A DNA stretch of 64,000 bases from Eledone cirrhosa (GCA_964016885.1 OZ024742.1:129084001-129148000), one strand, 5' to 3'. Counted from the stretch's first letter, positions 43,766 to 56,249 are shown. The notes: generated from the sequence alone by a model not told the origin. Numbers and translations are program-made.

Positions 43766-44070
43766 ATAAAAGAAATAGTATTCGCTTCAAGCATAGCTTT
43801 ATACAATATGTATAAATATTTCGTATCTCCAAAGAAATATGGTTTTAGGACAACCATGGGAGGGACCATCCTGGCGAAGGCCAGTTAAGCCTGAAATGCA
43901 TAGACGGTTGTTCCCCTTGCTTCTGCTGGACATCACCAGAGGGCGTTAGCCCCCCCCCCCCCGTGTTTGCATAGCTACGGCTTCCTAAAACCGTATTTCT
44001 TTGGAGATACGAAATATTTATACATATTGTATAAAGCTATGCTTGAAGCGAAATCCTATTTCTTTTTTAT
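43766..44070 (+). mobile_element. Penelope-like fragment: about 85-bp inverted arms (43766-43850 / 43983-44070) around a hammerhead motif
   Basis: The arms are reverse complements; the spacer contains the hammerhead at 43865-43908. Confidence 0.7.
43865..43908 (+). ncRNA. Minimal type I hammerhead motif with a core mutation (A6G)
   Basis: accatc-CTGGCGA-aggc-cagttaa-gcct-GAAA-tgca-TA-gacggt. Confidence 0.65.
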
Positions 44071-44657
44071 TATAAGTTGAGCCAACTTATGCAGCTTCAT
44101 ATGCAAATGAGATTAATCACCTCATTTACACAATGAATGATGACGATGATGTGATCGAACATTTCACTCATTCTCTCATTAGCATCGTTAGCATCGTTCA
44201 TTCCTGTGGTAAGATACTCTCAGGAGAGCTGGACAGCAGAAGGTCTTTAGAGAAGAACACCTCCTTCACCCTTAAGCAACAGTTTAACCCCTTCTTTATA
44301 TTAGAAGGCAGTGGGTGAGCAGAATCGGTAGAGTGTCGGACAATACGCTTTGTTACGGCATATAGTTACAACCTTTTACGTTCTGATTTCAAATCCCACC
44401 GAGGTTAGCTTTGCCATTCATCCTTACCTTACGAGGTCAATAAAATAAAGTACCAGTAACGCACTGGGTCGATTTAATCGACTTTCCCCTCTGCCCCCCT
44501 TCAAATTGCTGGCCTGGTACCTAAAGTAGAAACAACGTATTGCAGAGAAAGGGGCCGGATTTTTATAAAAGTTAAAGTAAAAATGAAATGTTACTGGATG
44601 TTTTTCATTTAATGATTGTAGTGAATGAATAAATAAGTGTGCGTGTGTGTAAGTATA

Positions 44658-44708
<51 letters not shown>

Positions 44709-45374
44709 TTGAACGTATAAATGTCTGCGTATGAACGTGTAAATCTGCGTGAGTGTGTGTGTACATATGTGAGTGTGAGTGTGTGTGTGAGTGTGTGTAT
44801 GAACGAACATATGAGAAGAAATAGTATTGACTTTTTTACTTTCAGTTTAGCACAGCAGAGTGTGTATGTATACATGTATGTACATATATATAACGTGTGT
44901 TTGTGTGTATATATATATATAATATATATATAATATATATGTATATATATATACATACACACACAATCCTTATCAAGCCCTCTTTGGGTTTTGGTCTTCG
45001 TAATTATCATTACTATATATATATATATATATATATATACTTGGAAGACGTATATAACGTTATGTTTGTGTCTGCCAGACTGTTTGACTATTAAACAACA
45101 CGTTTCATCAATATATATATATATTGCGTGTAATTGTTTTTCACCGCTCCAAATAATGACGTATTATATTCGTTTTTTCCTGTTCTTTGCCAGGGAACGT
45201 TTCCACGAACCAAAGTATCGTCTTCCTGTCTTCCTCCGGTTTCAACGTTTTTTGAAATATTCACTTCTGCGTTCACAGATTGACTTTGTTAGTTTCAGAA
45301 GATCCCGTTAAGGGTGGAAACAGCGATTCTTTGCTTAAACTTTAATCTGCTATTTTAATAAATATATATATATA

Positions 45375-45713
45375 GGAGGCACATGGCTTAGTGGTTAGAG
45401 CATTGGCCTTGCAATCGAAAGGTTGTGAGTTCAATTCTCAGACCGGGTGATGTGTTATTTCCTTGGGCAAGACACTTTATTTCACATTGCTCCAGTTTAC
45501 TCAGCTGTAGAAATGAGACCCCTGTCCCTATCATTCCACTGCAAAGTGGTCGTGGAGGTGCCACGGCAAAAAAGCACCCAGCACTCACTGTAAATGAGGT
45601 TGGTGTTAGGAAGGGCATCCAGCTGTAGAAATCAAGCCAGAATCAGTTCCCGTCCCACCCTTGCAAGCAGGGAAAAAGCGGACGTAAAAATGAAATGATG
45701 AAAATGAAATGAT
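45375..45713 (+). mobile_element. Young tRNA-derived SINE (family B) with an RTE-like 3' tail; near-identical copies at 46779-47121(-), 50325-50657(-), 59987-60333(-)
   Basis: A-box tggcttagtgg, B-box gagttcaattctc, central tccttgggcaagacacttt. The tail ggttggtgttaggaagggcatccagctgtagaaa...tgcaagc...ggacgtaaaa(tga)n is shared with the RTE 3'UTR. Confidence 0.85.
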
Positions 45714-47122
45714 ATATATATATATAAATTGTTAAGCTGTTCTTATAATAAATATATATATGTAAAAAATTGGGAGGTTATATCCAAAGTTGGTAGAGTT
45801 TGGTATAGAGTTAGTTCCACAACAAATTACACACGTTTCACCCAAAGGATCTTTCAACTCAACAAATTCATTTGGAACACAAGCATAGGATTAATTGTAA
45901 TACATTCCCAGCCAGAAGCCTAGGCTATAAAAACAGTGTAATTGTTGTATTGACAGATTAACATATGAGAATGTTAAAGTATACAGTTTAACACACAAAA
46001 ATCTGCTGGAGTACAAAAATCTACATCTAAGCTTGTACAGTATTGTTTCAAATTCCATGGAGAATCTACTGGTCATCAATAATAAATCCATAACCAACAA
46101 ATTACAGACAAAGGAATTCTCATCAGCCAGTGGTCCTCTAGGGGATGTCCAAAAATTGGCCTTACTACTAAATTTTCAAATCAGTGCTGGTATCCCATAT
46201 GTGGCATTAACTGCTAGTCGGTCAGCAAATGATAACAACAGTGGCAGGGTGGATGGGGTTGGCAGTAATGCTTAAGATAGCAGCATGACTTCAAAATATG
46301 GTGCACTCGACCATTATTAAAGAAAAAAAATATATATGATATATAATATATACATATATATATGATATAAGGACATGTGGTTAGAATGTCTCAGGAAAGA
46401 ATCTCTGGCCAGATTTTACGGCAAAAAAAAAACCGGCAGGAGACCCAGGGGTAGACCTCGAGCAAGATGGCTGGATAACATTGGCTGGTCTCACTTGGGG
46501 ATCCAGCCAGATCAGTTGGATACAGTTGCTTCTGACAGGACCTGCTGGAAGGAGTGTTTGAGGACTCTGCCCCCAAGACCCTCTCAGGAATAAGTGGGCG
46601 AAGAAGAAGAAAAAGAAGATATAATATATATATTTTATACATAATACATATATAACATATATATAATATATAATATATTGTTTCAAAAGATCCCGTAATA
46701 GTGTGAAAGCAGTGATTCTTGGCTTAAACTTTAATCTATACTAATAATAAATATTTGATCTATGGGTATATATATATAATCATCATCATCATTTCCTTTT
46801 ACGTCCGCTTTTTCCCTGCTTGCAAGAGTGAGACGGGAACTGATTCTGGCTTGATTTCTACAGCTGGATGCTTTTCCTAACACCAACCTCATTTACAGTG
46901 AGTGCTGGGTACTTTTTTGCCATGGCACCTCCACGACCACTTTGCAGTGGAATGATGTGGATCTCAATCCCTATCATCTCATTTCTACAGCTGAGTAAAC
47001 TGGAGCAATGTGAAATAAAATGTCTTGCTCAAGGAAACAACACATCACCCCGGTCTGAGAATTGAACTCACAACCTTTCGATTGCAAGGCCAATGCTCTA
47101 ACCATTAAGCCATGTGCCTCCA

Positions 47123-47180
<58 letters not shown>

Positions 47181-47344
47181 ATCCTTATCTTCGTATTTGT
47201 TATTACTATATTATTTATATATAGAGGTTTACTTTGCCTTTCATCCTTACGGGGTCGATAAAATAAAGTACCAGTAATGCACTGGGTAATTGCTGGCCTT
47301 GTGCCAAAAGTAGAAACAATTATTTATATTTAGAGAGATATAGA

Positions 47345-48580
47345 GATAACCTGAATCTATGGCAGAATTAGAGAAGAAATTCCAAACCTGGAAGCAAGGC
47401 CTAGAATGAAACGTCCTAGTATGTAGAAAGGAAAACAGGGCCCAGATTCCCACAGAGAAATGGCATTGCTCAGTGTGCAGGAAAGGAGTAGGTAGAAATT
47501 CTATGCTATGTCCTGAATGCAAACTATAGGTACACAAGAGATTTAGGGGGACTTCAGGCAGGCTAGCAAAGAACATAGATTTTATGTGGGTGATACACAG
47601 GTGCAGAAAGTAACAATAGCTCACAGGATTCTAGCTTCTTTAAATGCCTAGAAGGCTCAGTAGAAGTAGTTGATAGTTTCTGTTACCTGGGTGACCAAAT
47701 TAGCAGTAGAAGTGGGTCTTCCGAGAGTACAGTAGCCATAGTGAGAACGGGATGGAGAAAGTTCAGGGAGCTACTACCACTGCTAACAACAAAGGTTTTT
47801 TCCCTCAAAATGAAGGACAGATTGTATAATGCATGTATATGAACAGCAGTACTGAATAGAAGTGAATCATGGACACTGTGTACAGAGGACTTATGGAGAT
47901 TAGAAAAAAATTAATCTTGTATGCTCCAATGGATGTGTAATGATTGGCAAAGCATAAATGAACTGAGAGAGAAACTGGACATAAGAGGAATTAGATGTAG
48001 AGTGCAGGAGAGGAGATTGTTGTGGTATGGACATGTGATTTATACGAAGGATGACAGCTGTATAAAAAGGTGCAGGGCACTCAAAGCTTGAGATGAGGTG
48101 ATAAAAACCGACCTCACACAATTGTGCCTCTCACAGTATAATAATAATGATAATAATAGTAATAATGAAATATTGTGTAGTGCTCAGGTGCACTCTCACT
48201 CCCCCGTACACACACAGCCTTCCATACTCCACCTCTCATCCCACCCCAGACCTACCTCTCCAAGACCCACTCCACCCCAGTACAACATGACAATAATTTC
48301 CCAGCCCACCCTGTAAAGTGGGCATGTTGGCAACACGACAAAAGCTCCCAGCCAAACTTGTAAACTGGTCCTTTTGCTGTCACAACAAAAAGCGCCCAGT
48401 TCACACTGTAAAGTAGTTGTTTTGGTGCCATGATAAAAGGCACCCAGTCTACACGGTAAATGTGGTTGGCATTCGGAAAGGCATCTAGCTGTAAAAATCA
48501 AGCCTGAAATGGTTGTGTGAGCAAAGTACGATCATCTGATCTGATTTGTCTTATAACAGATCAACCCGTCTAATCCATGC
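47345..48580 (+). mobile_element. Older degenerate copy of the RTE LINE (zinc finger, C-terminus, 3'UTR)
   Basis: Reads AELEKKFQTWKQGLE*...KWHCSVCRKGVGRNS..., with stops and indels; homologous to 24450-25850. Confidence 0.85.
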
Positions 48581-49020
48581 TAGAAATTTGGCTCAATTTC
48601 AAGTCTTTCTCGCAAATCCTGACAAATTTCCAACTGGTTCACTTTTTGCTCCATGGACAAGTGTTTGGGCACAAGTTTTGCACAAATATTTTGTATGTGC
48701 AAATGATCTGTTAAAAATCTGTGAACTACATTTTTATCCAAGCCTGTTTCTTCTGCAATCATACTAATACTTAATCAGAGATCTTTCACCATCACCACTT
48801 ATACCACTTCGACATTTTGTTCATGAGTAGACAACATTGGCCTTCCACAATGAGATTTGTATTCAACATTTTCTTGGCCCTCTTTGAAAGCTCTGTGCCA
48901 CTTAAAAACCTTACTTTCCAATAGAGTGTCATCTCCATAAGCTTGTGTTAAAGAATTAGAGGCTTTGGCTGTTGAGTTTCATATAAAATTTGATCACGTA
49001 AAGTTGTTCGATATTTTCCT
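48580..49020 (-). mobile_element. Mariner transposase 5' relic
   Basis: ORF 48580-48762 IAEETGLDKNVVHRFLTDHLHIQNICAKLVPKHLSMEQK corresponds to HTH2 plus the WVPHEL-like linker of mariner. Confidence 0.8.
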
Positions 49021-49089
49021 GCATCACAAACGTAGGAAAGGTTTTAAATACGTTACCATGTCGTACATAGGGAAATCAGTATGCACAGT

Positions 49090-49122
<33 letters not shown>

Positions 49123-49923
49123 GATGGCTGCATCTTGATTTCAAGAACTGCCACCACATAATCGTCCTCACATACATGGGTGGCACAAACTTGATTCTTT
49201 AGCCCTGCCAAAGATCTTCATCCCTTTCTGTATATGCTGCAATGATAAACATTACATCCACTTTGGTTCAATGTTTTGTTTTGGTGAGTTTTCAAATGAC
49301 ATTTGGGCCCACCGGCCAAGGCACATTGTTTACCATATATATATATATCTGGCACTGTAAAGTGGTCATGATGGTGACATGGTAAAAAGCACCCAGTATT
49401 CACTGTAAATGAGGTTGGTGTTAGGAAGGGCATCCAGCTGTAGAAACCAAGCCCAAATCAGCATTGCCCACAACAGGACAACCCATCTAACCCATACTAG
49501 TGTGGAAAAATGGATGTAAAATGGTGATGATGATGATGATGATGACGTCCGACAGGAACAAATGCCAAAGGGACCATAATTAGCAACATACTCTTCCTGA
49601 CTTTTATGATGACATCTAAGACCAGCTGTACTAAGGCAAATTCAGCCACATTGCTCATAAAACAATTAGAGCATTTGAAAATCCAGGTAAAGTAATGTCA
49701 TGTAGACCCTCTTTTACACCCATGGCTGGATTTAGACTTTGGGGGTGTCCGGAGCTCTTCAGGTTTAGAGGATCCCTCATATACAAAAAAATTATAATAC
49801 ACAGTAACCCCCCCCCCCCCCCCCCCAATTTTACATATCAAAGTTAACTTGGTGCAGTAATTGGAATTGAAAAGTTATACATACAGGTATTAAATTCTAA
49901 AATTCTAACCATCCTAAAAGTAA

Positions 49924-50039
49924 AAAGCCCAGCGGGGACCACAAATAAATTAAATCCAGCCCGGCCTACACCATCTTGTTTTTACAAGATGGTGTAGGCC
50001 GGGCTGGATTTAATTTATTTGTGGTCCCCGCTGGGCTTT
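49924..50039. repeat. Perfect 56-bp inverted repeat with a 4-nt loop at the end of a hAT-like MITE (about 49721-49963)
   Basis: 49924-49979 is the exact reverse complement of 49984-50039; loop tttt. Confidence 0.9.
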
Positions 50040-50292
50040 GACAAAACCAAAGAGTGGTCCCCGCTGGGCTTTGACAAAACCAAAGAGGGACACAAAATAA
50101 CAACAAAAGTAGTCACTGAGGAGGTCACAGAATGTGTGATGAAAGAGCTTTGATGTCAACCAACAACTAAACAACCATATGGTTATTAAACTAACTGGCT
50201 GGAAGTTTATAACAATAATTGAGGTGAAAACCAACAGGTACATGTGTTTTTATTAGCAGCATGACTCTCCCAAACTATAACAATACACACAC

Positions 50293-50326
<34 letters not shown>

Positions 50327-50657
50327 CATCATCATTTTACGTCAACTTTTCCCTGCTTGCAAGGGTGGGACGGGAACTGATTCTGGCTTGATTTCGACAG
50401 CTGGATGCCCTTCCTAACACCAACCTCATTTACAGTGAGTGCTGGGTGCTTTTTTCCCGTGGCACCTCCACGACCACTTTGCAGTGGAATGATAGGGACC
50501 CCAGTCCCTATCATCTCATTTCTACAGCTGAGTAAACTGGAGCAATGTGAAATAAAGTGTCTTGCTCAAGGAAACAACACATCACCCGGTCTGAGAATTG
50601 AACTCACAACCTTTCGATTGCAAGGCAAATGCTCTAACCACTAAGCCATGTGCCTCC

Positions 50658-50715
<58 letters not shown>

Positions 50716-50795
50716 ACATATATACATACATATATACATTCATATATATATACACATATATATATATATATACATACACACATATATATATATAC

Positions 50796-50826
<31 letters not shown>

Positions 50827-51268
50827 CATATATGTATATATATACATATATATACATATATGTATATATATACATATATATACATATATGTATATATATA
50901 CATATATATACATACATATATATATATACATATATATACATATATATACATATATATAGCAGTTGAGCAGTTGAAGTATAAGGACGTGTTTTTACTTCTC
51001 TCCCCGAGTAAGCAGCAAGTCACACAGCCACAAAACAAAACCACAAGACAAAACCAAACAAACAAAAATTGACCGGTTAATACATTTTCATACATCTATA
51101 TTATTATATATTTGAAAATTGACCGGTTAATACATTTTTCATACATCTATATTATTATATATTTGAAACCACGTGTTTTCGAACTTGTGAGTACATTTTC
51201 CTTTAACTACAAATTATTATTATATACTTTCGTCTTTTCATTAACTTAATTAATTTCAAATAACCAGA

Positions 51269-51301
<33 letters not shown>

Positions 51302-51679
51302 CTCATATTTATATATATACGCTTCTCACTCACACACAAGAAAAACAAAAAACAAAAATAAATCAAAAATAAATTTAAAAAAAAAAATATATATATATTG
51401 AAATACTTAACTAAAACACACACACACGAACTTGTGAGTACATTTTCCTTTAACTACAAATTATTATTATATACTTTCGTCTTTTCATTAACTTAATTAA
51501 TTTCAAATAACCAGAATATACATATATATATATATATATACTCATATTTATATATATACGCTTCTCACTCACACACAAGAAAAACAAAAAACAAAAATAA
51601 ATCAAAAATAAATTAAAAAAAAAAAATATATATATATATTGAAATACTTAACTAAAACACACACACACTCAAAACTAGA

Positions 51680-52645
51680 ATGGCTAACCAGCAAAAATCC
51701 AAACAGAACTGGTCTGATAATGAAATCGACATTCTAATAAACACATGGCATTGCCTTTCCCAAACAGAAAATATAGATGCTTCATCTCTGAACGACATTG
51801 CTAAACGTACAGTTCAATTTTTGAAAACTCGATCTGAACAACAGATTCAAAATAAATTAAAGCAAATCGAAATTGCTTTTAAATTAATCAATAAACATTT
51901 GGATAAACTACGGTGTGTTTTCTCTTCGAATGCTGTCCAGCAGCAGCAACAACAACAACAGCAGCTACAACAGCAACAACAACAACAGCAACAACAACAA
52001 CAACAGCTACAACAACAACAACAGCAACAACAACAACAACAACGACAACAACAGTGTGAACCACTCCTTGATTCATCAACAATGGCCGATCTACTAAATG
52101 AAACTATTGACCCCCCAGTGGCCTCTGTCTCACAGCATGAAACGCCACATCCTTTCTCTGGCCCAGCAGTCCAATCATCACCACTGCCAACATCTCTGCC
52201 TACTACTACTACTACTACTACAACATTTTTGTCTACTGCTATGTCAAGGAATTTACCTTCTAATACCAGAACAAGAACTCTCCCTCCCACAGTCCACAAA
52301 GGTCGTCAAATCCTACCCAAACCATCATCTACACCTCTCACAACACCCACACCCACATACCCACCCACTCGAAACCCCATCATTTGCCGCTACTCTCTAC
52401 GCTATAGAATATGTACGGATAGTGGCTGCAAATTCACCCATTTACCTAGGACAAAACGATCTATCCCCACAAACAGCCACCACCATAATACATACTCTAA
52501 TTTAACACCAACACAACCACCAATAACTCAAACAAGGAATCCACAAATCTGCCGTTTTTCCCTGCGAGACAGATTGTGTTTAGACCGGGATTGTCCCTTT
52601 ACCCATCTCCCGGGGACCCGTCGGATAAATGAAAATAAAATTTAA
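51680..52645 (+). CDS. LINE ORF1p: Myb/SANT-like N-terminus, polyQ, Pro/Thr linker, two CCCH zinc fingers
   Basis: WSDNEIDILINTW...RSEQQIQNKLKQI; (CAA/CAG)n tract; CRYSLRYRICTDSGCKFTH and CRFSLRDRLCLDRDCPFTH (C-x8-C-x4-C-x3-H). Confidence 0.75.
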   Translation: MANQQKSKQNWSDNEIDILINTWHCLSQTENIDASSLNDIAKRTVQFLKTRSEQQIQNKLKQIEIAFKLINKHLDKLRCVFSSNAVQQQQQQQQQLQQQQQQQQQQQQQLQQQQQQQQQQQRQQQCEPLLDSSTMADLLNETIDPPVASVSQHETPHPFSGPAVQSSPLPTSLPTTTTTTTTFLSTAMSRNLPSNTRTRTLPPTVHKGRQILPKPSSTPLTTPTPTYPPTRNPIICRYSLRYRICTDSGCKFTHLPRTKRSIPTNSHHHNTYSNLTPTQPPITQTRNPQICRFSLRDRLCLDRDCPFTHLPGTRRINENKI

Positions 52646-52823
52646 AATAAAAGCAAAAACAAAAACCATAACCTACATAAAAATAACCACTACAACAGTC
52701 TTCTAAACAGGAAACTTCTTCCTCTTTTTTAGCCATAATGAATCTGGCAAAAGAACTGGAAAAAAACATTCGAGCTATCACCCAGCACCACCCTCCACTA
52801 TCACCCCACTGCACAAACTCCCA

Positions 52824-55800
52824 TTGCTGCCATTAACAAACAAACAAATTAACAACACACCAAAACAATTAAAACCATCCACTCTCGCCTCTACATTTTT
52901 GCTTAACGCCCAAGGCATCAGCCCTTCCACCAATACTCAAAAATGGAAGATCAAATTCCTGGAGGACTGGATTGATGTCCATCCAAACCACATCCCTTTC
53001 TTCGTCCTCACTGAAACCCATCTCAGTAACCTCCACTTGGAAGCCGAGGTGAAAGTGAAAAATTTCAAAGCCATCCGTGCTGATCGCGCTGGCAGAAGAA
53101 AGGGCGGAACTGCCATTTATGTCCATAATTCTTTCTCAACAGAGGCTATGAACATATTCACTAATGGATACTGTGAGGCAGTCACTGTATTCAGTCAAAC
53201 CAACAACCTATTAGTAGTTGGGCTCTATAGGCCACCCCAAACGCCTGTACCATGCTTCAAGGAATGCCTCAACAGCATAAAGTGTTTCATCCAAGAGTGT
53301 CACCCTGACAACATCTTGATGATGGGGGACTTCAACCTCCCCGGAGTTGACTGGTCCACAAACACCCTGCCACCAGGTTCTTCTGCCTCAACCTCTGACA
53401 GGGAAGCTGTGGAATCGCTTCTTGACTTCATGGATGATTTCTTCCTATCCCAACTAGTGCTCGAACCAACGAGGTGCCACAAAAACGTCCTAGACTTAAT
53501 TTTCAGCAATCACACTGACAATATCCACAATATTGCAGTGGAGAAAACTCTACTCTCTGATCATGACATGGTTCTCTGTGATCTGAGTTTCCACCGTCCA
53601 ATATACAAACCCAATGTCATTTCTCCTGTCCATCCGTTTGACGCTATGGATTTCCACAATGCAAACTGGGAAGCGATCAGTCATGATCTTGCACATGTCG
53701 ACTGGTCCTTCACGCACACTCATACACCCACTAACATCAAAAAGTCCTGGCAGACATTTGTGGACACTGTTACAAACATATGTGCTAAACACACCCCATT
53801 AAGAACTATAAACAAATCTAAGAGCAGAATCCCTAGAAATAGAAAAACACTCATCAGAAAAATTAAGAGAACGAACAAAAAAATCAACAAGCTGAAATAC
53901 TGTCAGCAGCAACACATCAACTTGACTGCCATTTCATCACTAGAGATTAAAAAACATAACCTCCAAAACAACATAATGTCCCTCATCAACAATCAGAGAA
54001 GAGCTGAAGAGGCCTGGGCCATTGAGAAGATCAAACTCAATCCCAAAGTGTTCTTTTCATTTGCAAAAAAACACAAAATCACTGGCTCTACTGTTGGCCC
54101 TCTAATTGATGAAAATGGCACTCTTCAAGACAATGCTAAAACCATGGGTGAGATACTGCAGAAACAATACTGCTCTGTTTTCAGCAATCCTGATATGGCC
54201 GATCTGGGCTGTATCGGCGATGTTACTCCCCATTACACCTTATCGGACATAACGTTTGGCGCCCCTGATGTCTTGGCGGCAATAAAGGAAATCAAGCATA
54301 ATTCAGCAGTAGGTCCCGATAGGTTCCCTGCTTGTGTCTTGAAGGCGTGTCAACACCAACTTGCTTCTCCTCTTGCCAATCTGTGGCGGAACTCACTGGA
54401 TGCTGGATATGTGCCAGAAAACCTTCTATCCCAGTCTGTTGTCCCAGTTTTCAAAAAGGGAAACAAATCCCTTGCCGTGAATTACCGTCCAATCTCACTC
54501 ACCTCTCATATCATTAAGGTATTTGAGCGAGTGGTGAGATCGCGAATGACCCACTTCCTTGAGAGTAACAATATGCTGAACTCCAACCAGCATGGATTCC
54601 GTAATGGAAGGGATTGCCTGACGCAACTACTGCATCACTTTGATGACATTTTGAGAGCCTTGGGAGAGGGTTCCAACACTGATGTTATCTACCTTGATTT
54701 CAGCAAGGCCTTTGACAGGGTTGATCATAACATTCTACTGAGAAAGCTGTCCAATATTGGTGTCACTGGAAAGCTGCTGCAGTGGATCAAGAGCTTCCTG
54801 TCAAACAGAACCCAACATGTTGTAGTTGAGGGAGTCAAATCAAGCCCAGCCAAAGTCAGTAGTGGAGTCCCACAAGGCACTGTGTTGGGCCCACTTCTCT
54901 TCATCATCTATATTAATGACATCACTGACATCATCAAACACAGCAACATTAAAATTTTCGCTGATGATTCCAAGCTCCAAAAGGTCATCAATGGCGTGGA
55001 TGACCGGATAAGCCTTCAGTCAGACCTACTGGCTGTTACCCAATGGGCAGAAAAGAACAACATGTTACTGAACGAAGATAAATTCGAACTGATCCACTTT
55101 GGAAAAGAGGATGCTCTGAAACTCCCGTACTCCCTTCCCTCCGGGGAAACTCTCGTGGCATCTAACAACATCAGAGACTTGGGAGTAACCGTGGACAGCA
55201 ACATAAGCTGGACCACGCATATAAGCAGCAAAGTTGACATGGCCCGCAGAATGTGTTCCTGGATCCTCAGAACCTTCCAGTCGAGAGATTCCCGCACCAT
55301 TATCCTTCTCTTCTCTACTTTCGCCCGACCACACCTTGAATACTGTTGTCCACTGTGGTCTCCCCACACGAAACAAAGTATCATGAAACTTGAAGCTCCT
55401 CAAAGGGCAATCACGAAAAAGATAGATGGCATGTCAGACCTTGACTACTGGGGTCGATTGGAAAACCTGAAACTTTACTCACTCCAACGTCGCCGTGAGC
55501 GTTATATTATCTGCATGATGTGGAAAATGTTCCATCATCACTGCCCAAATGATGTTGGCATCGCCTTCAAGATACACCCAAGGCTTGGGCCCCGTGCTAT
55601 CCGTCCCATTCAAAAATCTAAATCGCAACTCATAACAACAATACGGCACAATTATTTCACCTCAATCGGCCCTGCTCTCTTCAACATCACACCAGGACAC
55701 GTCAAAACAGAAACTGACCACACAAAATTCAAGAAGTCTTTGGACAAATTCCTCCAAGTAATCCCGGACAAACCACCCACACCCGGATATGTCTCCGCAA

Positions 55801-55844
55801 ACAGTAATTCTCTTCTCGAATGGGCCATGGTGCCCAAATCCTGA
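52824..55844 (+). CDS. LINE ORF2p: AP endonuclease plus reverse transcriptase, uninterrupted (frame open from 52707)
   Basis: APE motifs LLNAQG, LTETHL, GLYRPP, MGDFNLP, LDLIF, SDH; RT motifs [38 protein letters not shown]; CR1-type RPHLEYC and LYSLQRRR. Confidence 0.93.
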   Translation: MLPLTNKQINNTPKQLKPSTLASTFLLNAQGISPSTNTQKWKIKFLEDWIDVHPNHIPFFVLTETHLSNLHLEAEVKVKNFKAIRADRAGRRKGGTAIYVHNSFSTEAMNIFTNGYCEAVTVFSQTNNLLVVGLYRPPQTPVPCFKECLNSIKCFIQECHPDNILMMGDFNLPGVDWSTNTLPPGSSASTSDREAVESLLDFMDDFFLSQLVLEPTRCHKNVLDLIFSNHTDNIHNIAVEKTLLSDHDMVLCDLSFHRPIYKPNVISPVHPFDAMDFHNANWEAISHDLAHVDWSFTHTHTPTNIKKSWQTFVDTVTNICAKHTPLRTINKSKSRIPRNRKTLIRKIKRTNKKINKLKYCQQQHINLTAISSLEIKKHNLQNNIMSLINNQRRAEEAWAIEKIKLNPKVFFSFAKKHKITGSTVGPLIDENGTLQDNAKTMGEILQKQYCSVFSNPDMADLGCIGDVTPHYTLSDITFGAPDVLAAIKEIKHNSAVGPDRFPACVLKACQHQLASPLANLWRNSLDAGYVPENLLSQSVVPVFKKGNKSLAVNYRPISLTSHIIKVFERVVRSRMTHFLESNNMLNSNQHGFRNGRDCLTQLLHHFDDILRALGEGSNTDVIYLDFSKAFDRVDHNILLRKLSNIGVTGKLLQWIKSFLSNRTQHVVVEGVKSSPAKVSSGVPQGTVLGPLLFIIYINDITDIIKHSNIKIFADDSKLQKVINGVDDRISLQSDLLAVTQWAEKNNMLLNEDKFELIHFGKEDALKLPYSLPSGETLVASNNIRDLGVTVDSNISWTTHISSKVDMARRMCSWILRTFQSRDSRTIILLFSTFARPHLEYCCPLWSPHTKQSIMKLEAPQRAITKKIDGMSDLDYWGRLENLKLYSLQRRRERYIICMMWKMFHHHCPNDVGIAFKIHPRLGPRAIRPIQKSKSQLITTIRHNYFTSIGPALFNITPGHVKTETDHTKFKKSLDKFLQVIPDKPPTPGYVSANSNSLLEWAMVPKS

Positions 55845-55932
55845 ATTGAAAGACTTCGCCAGGTGGTGCTATTAAGTTAGACATGGCCTGGGCCAATACT
55901 GGCCAAAACATTTCAAAGTTATTATTCAAAGT

Positions 55933-55965
<33 letters not shown>

Positions 55966-55981
55966 ACATATATATACATAC

Positions 55982-56012
<31 letters not shown>

Positions 56013-56049
56013 CATACATATATATACATATATATATATACATACATAC

Positions 56050-56080
<31 letters not shown>

Positions 56081-56089
56081 CATACATAC

Positions 56090-56120
<31 letters not shown>

Positions 56121-56249
56121 CATACATATATATATATATACATACATATATATATACATACATATATATATATATATACATACATATATATATATATATA
56201 CATACATATATATATACATACATATATATATATATATATACATACATAC

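Larger units (their letters stand above)
50958..55935 (+). mobile_element. Apparently full-length CR1/L2-group LINE inserted in a (TA/TACA)n array
   Basis: 5'UTR with tandem duplications, ORF1, ORF2 (APE+RT) and a short 3'UTR ending in ttcaaagtta x2; TA arrays on both sides. Confidence 0.9.

Noticed and set aside
45375-45445. tRNA gene
   Set aside because: A and B boxes are present, but the sequence continues into a SINE body and tail in four copies and I could not build a complete cloverleaf.
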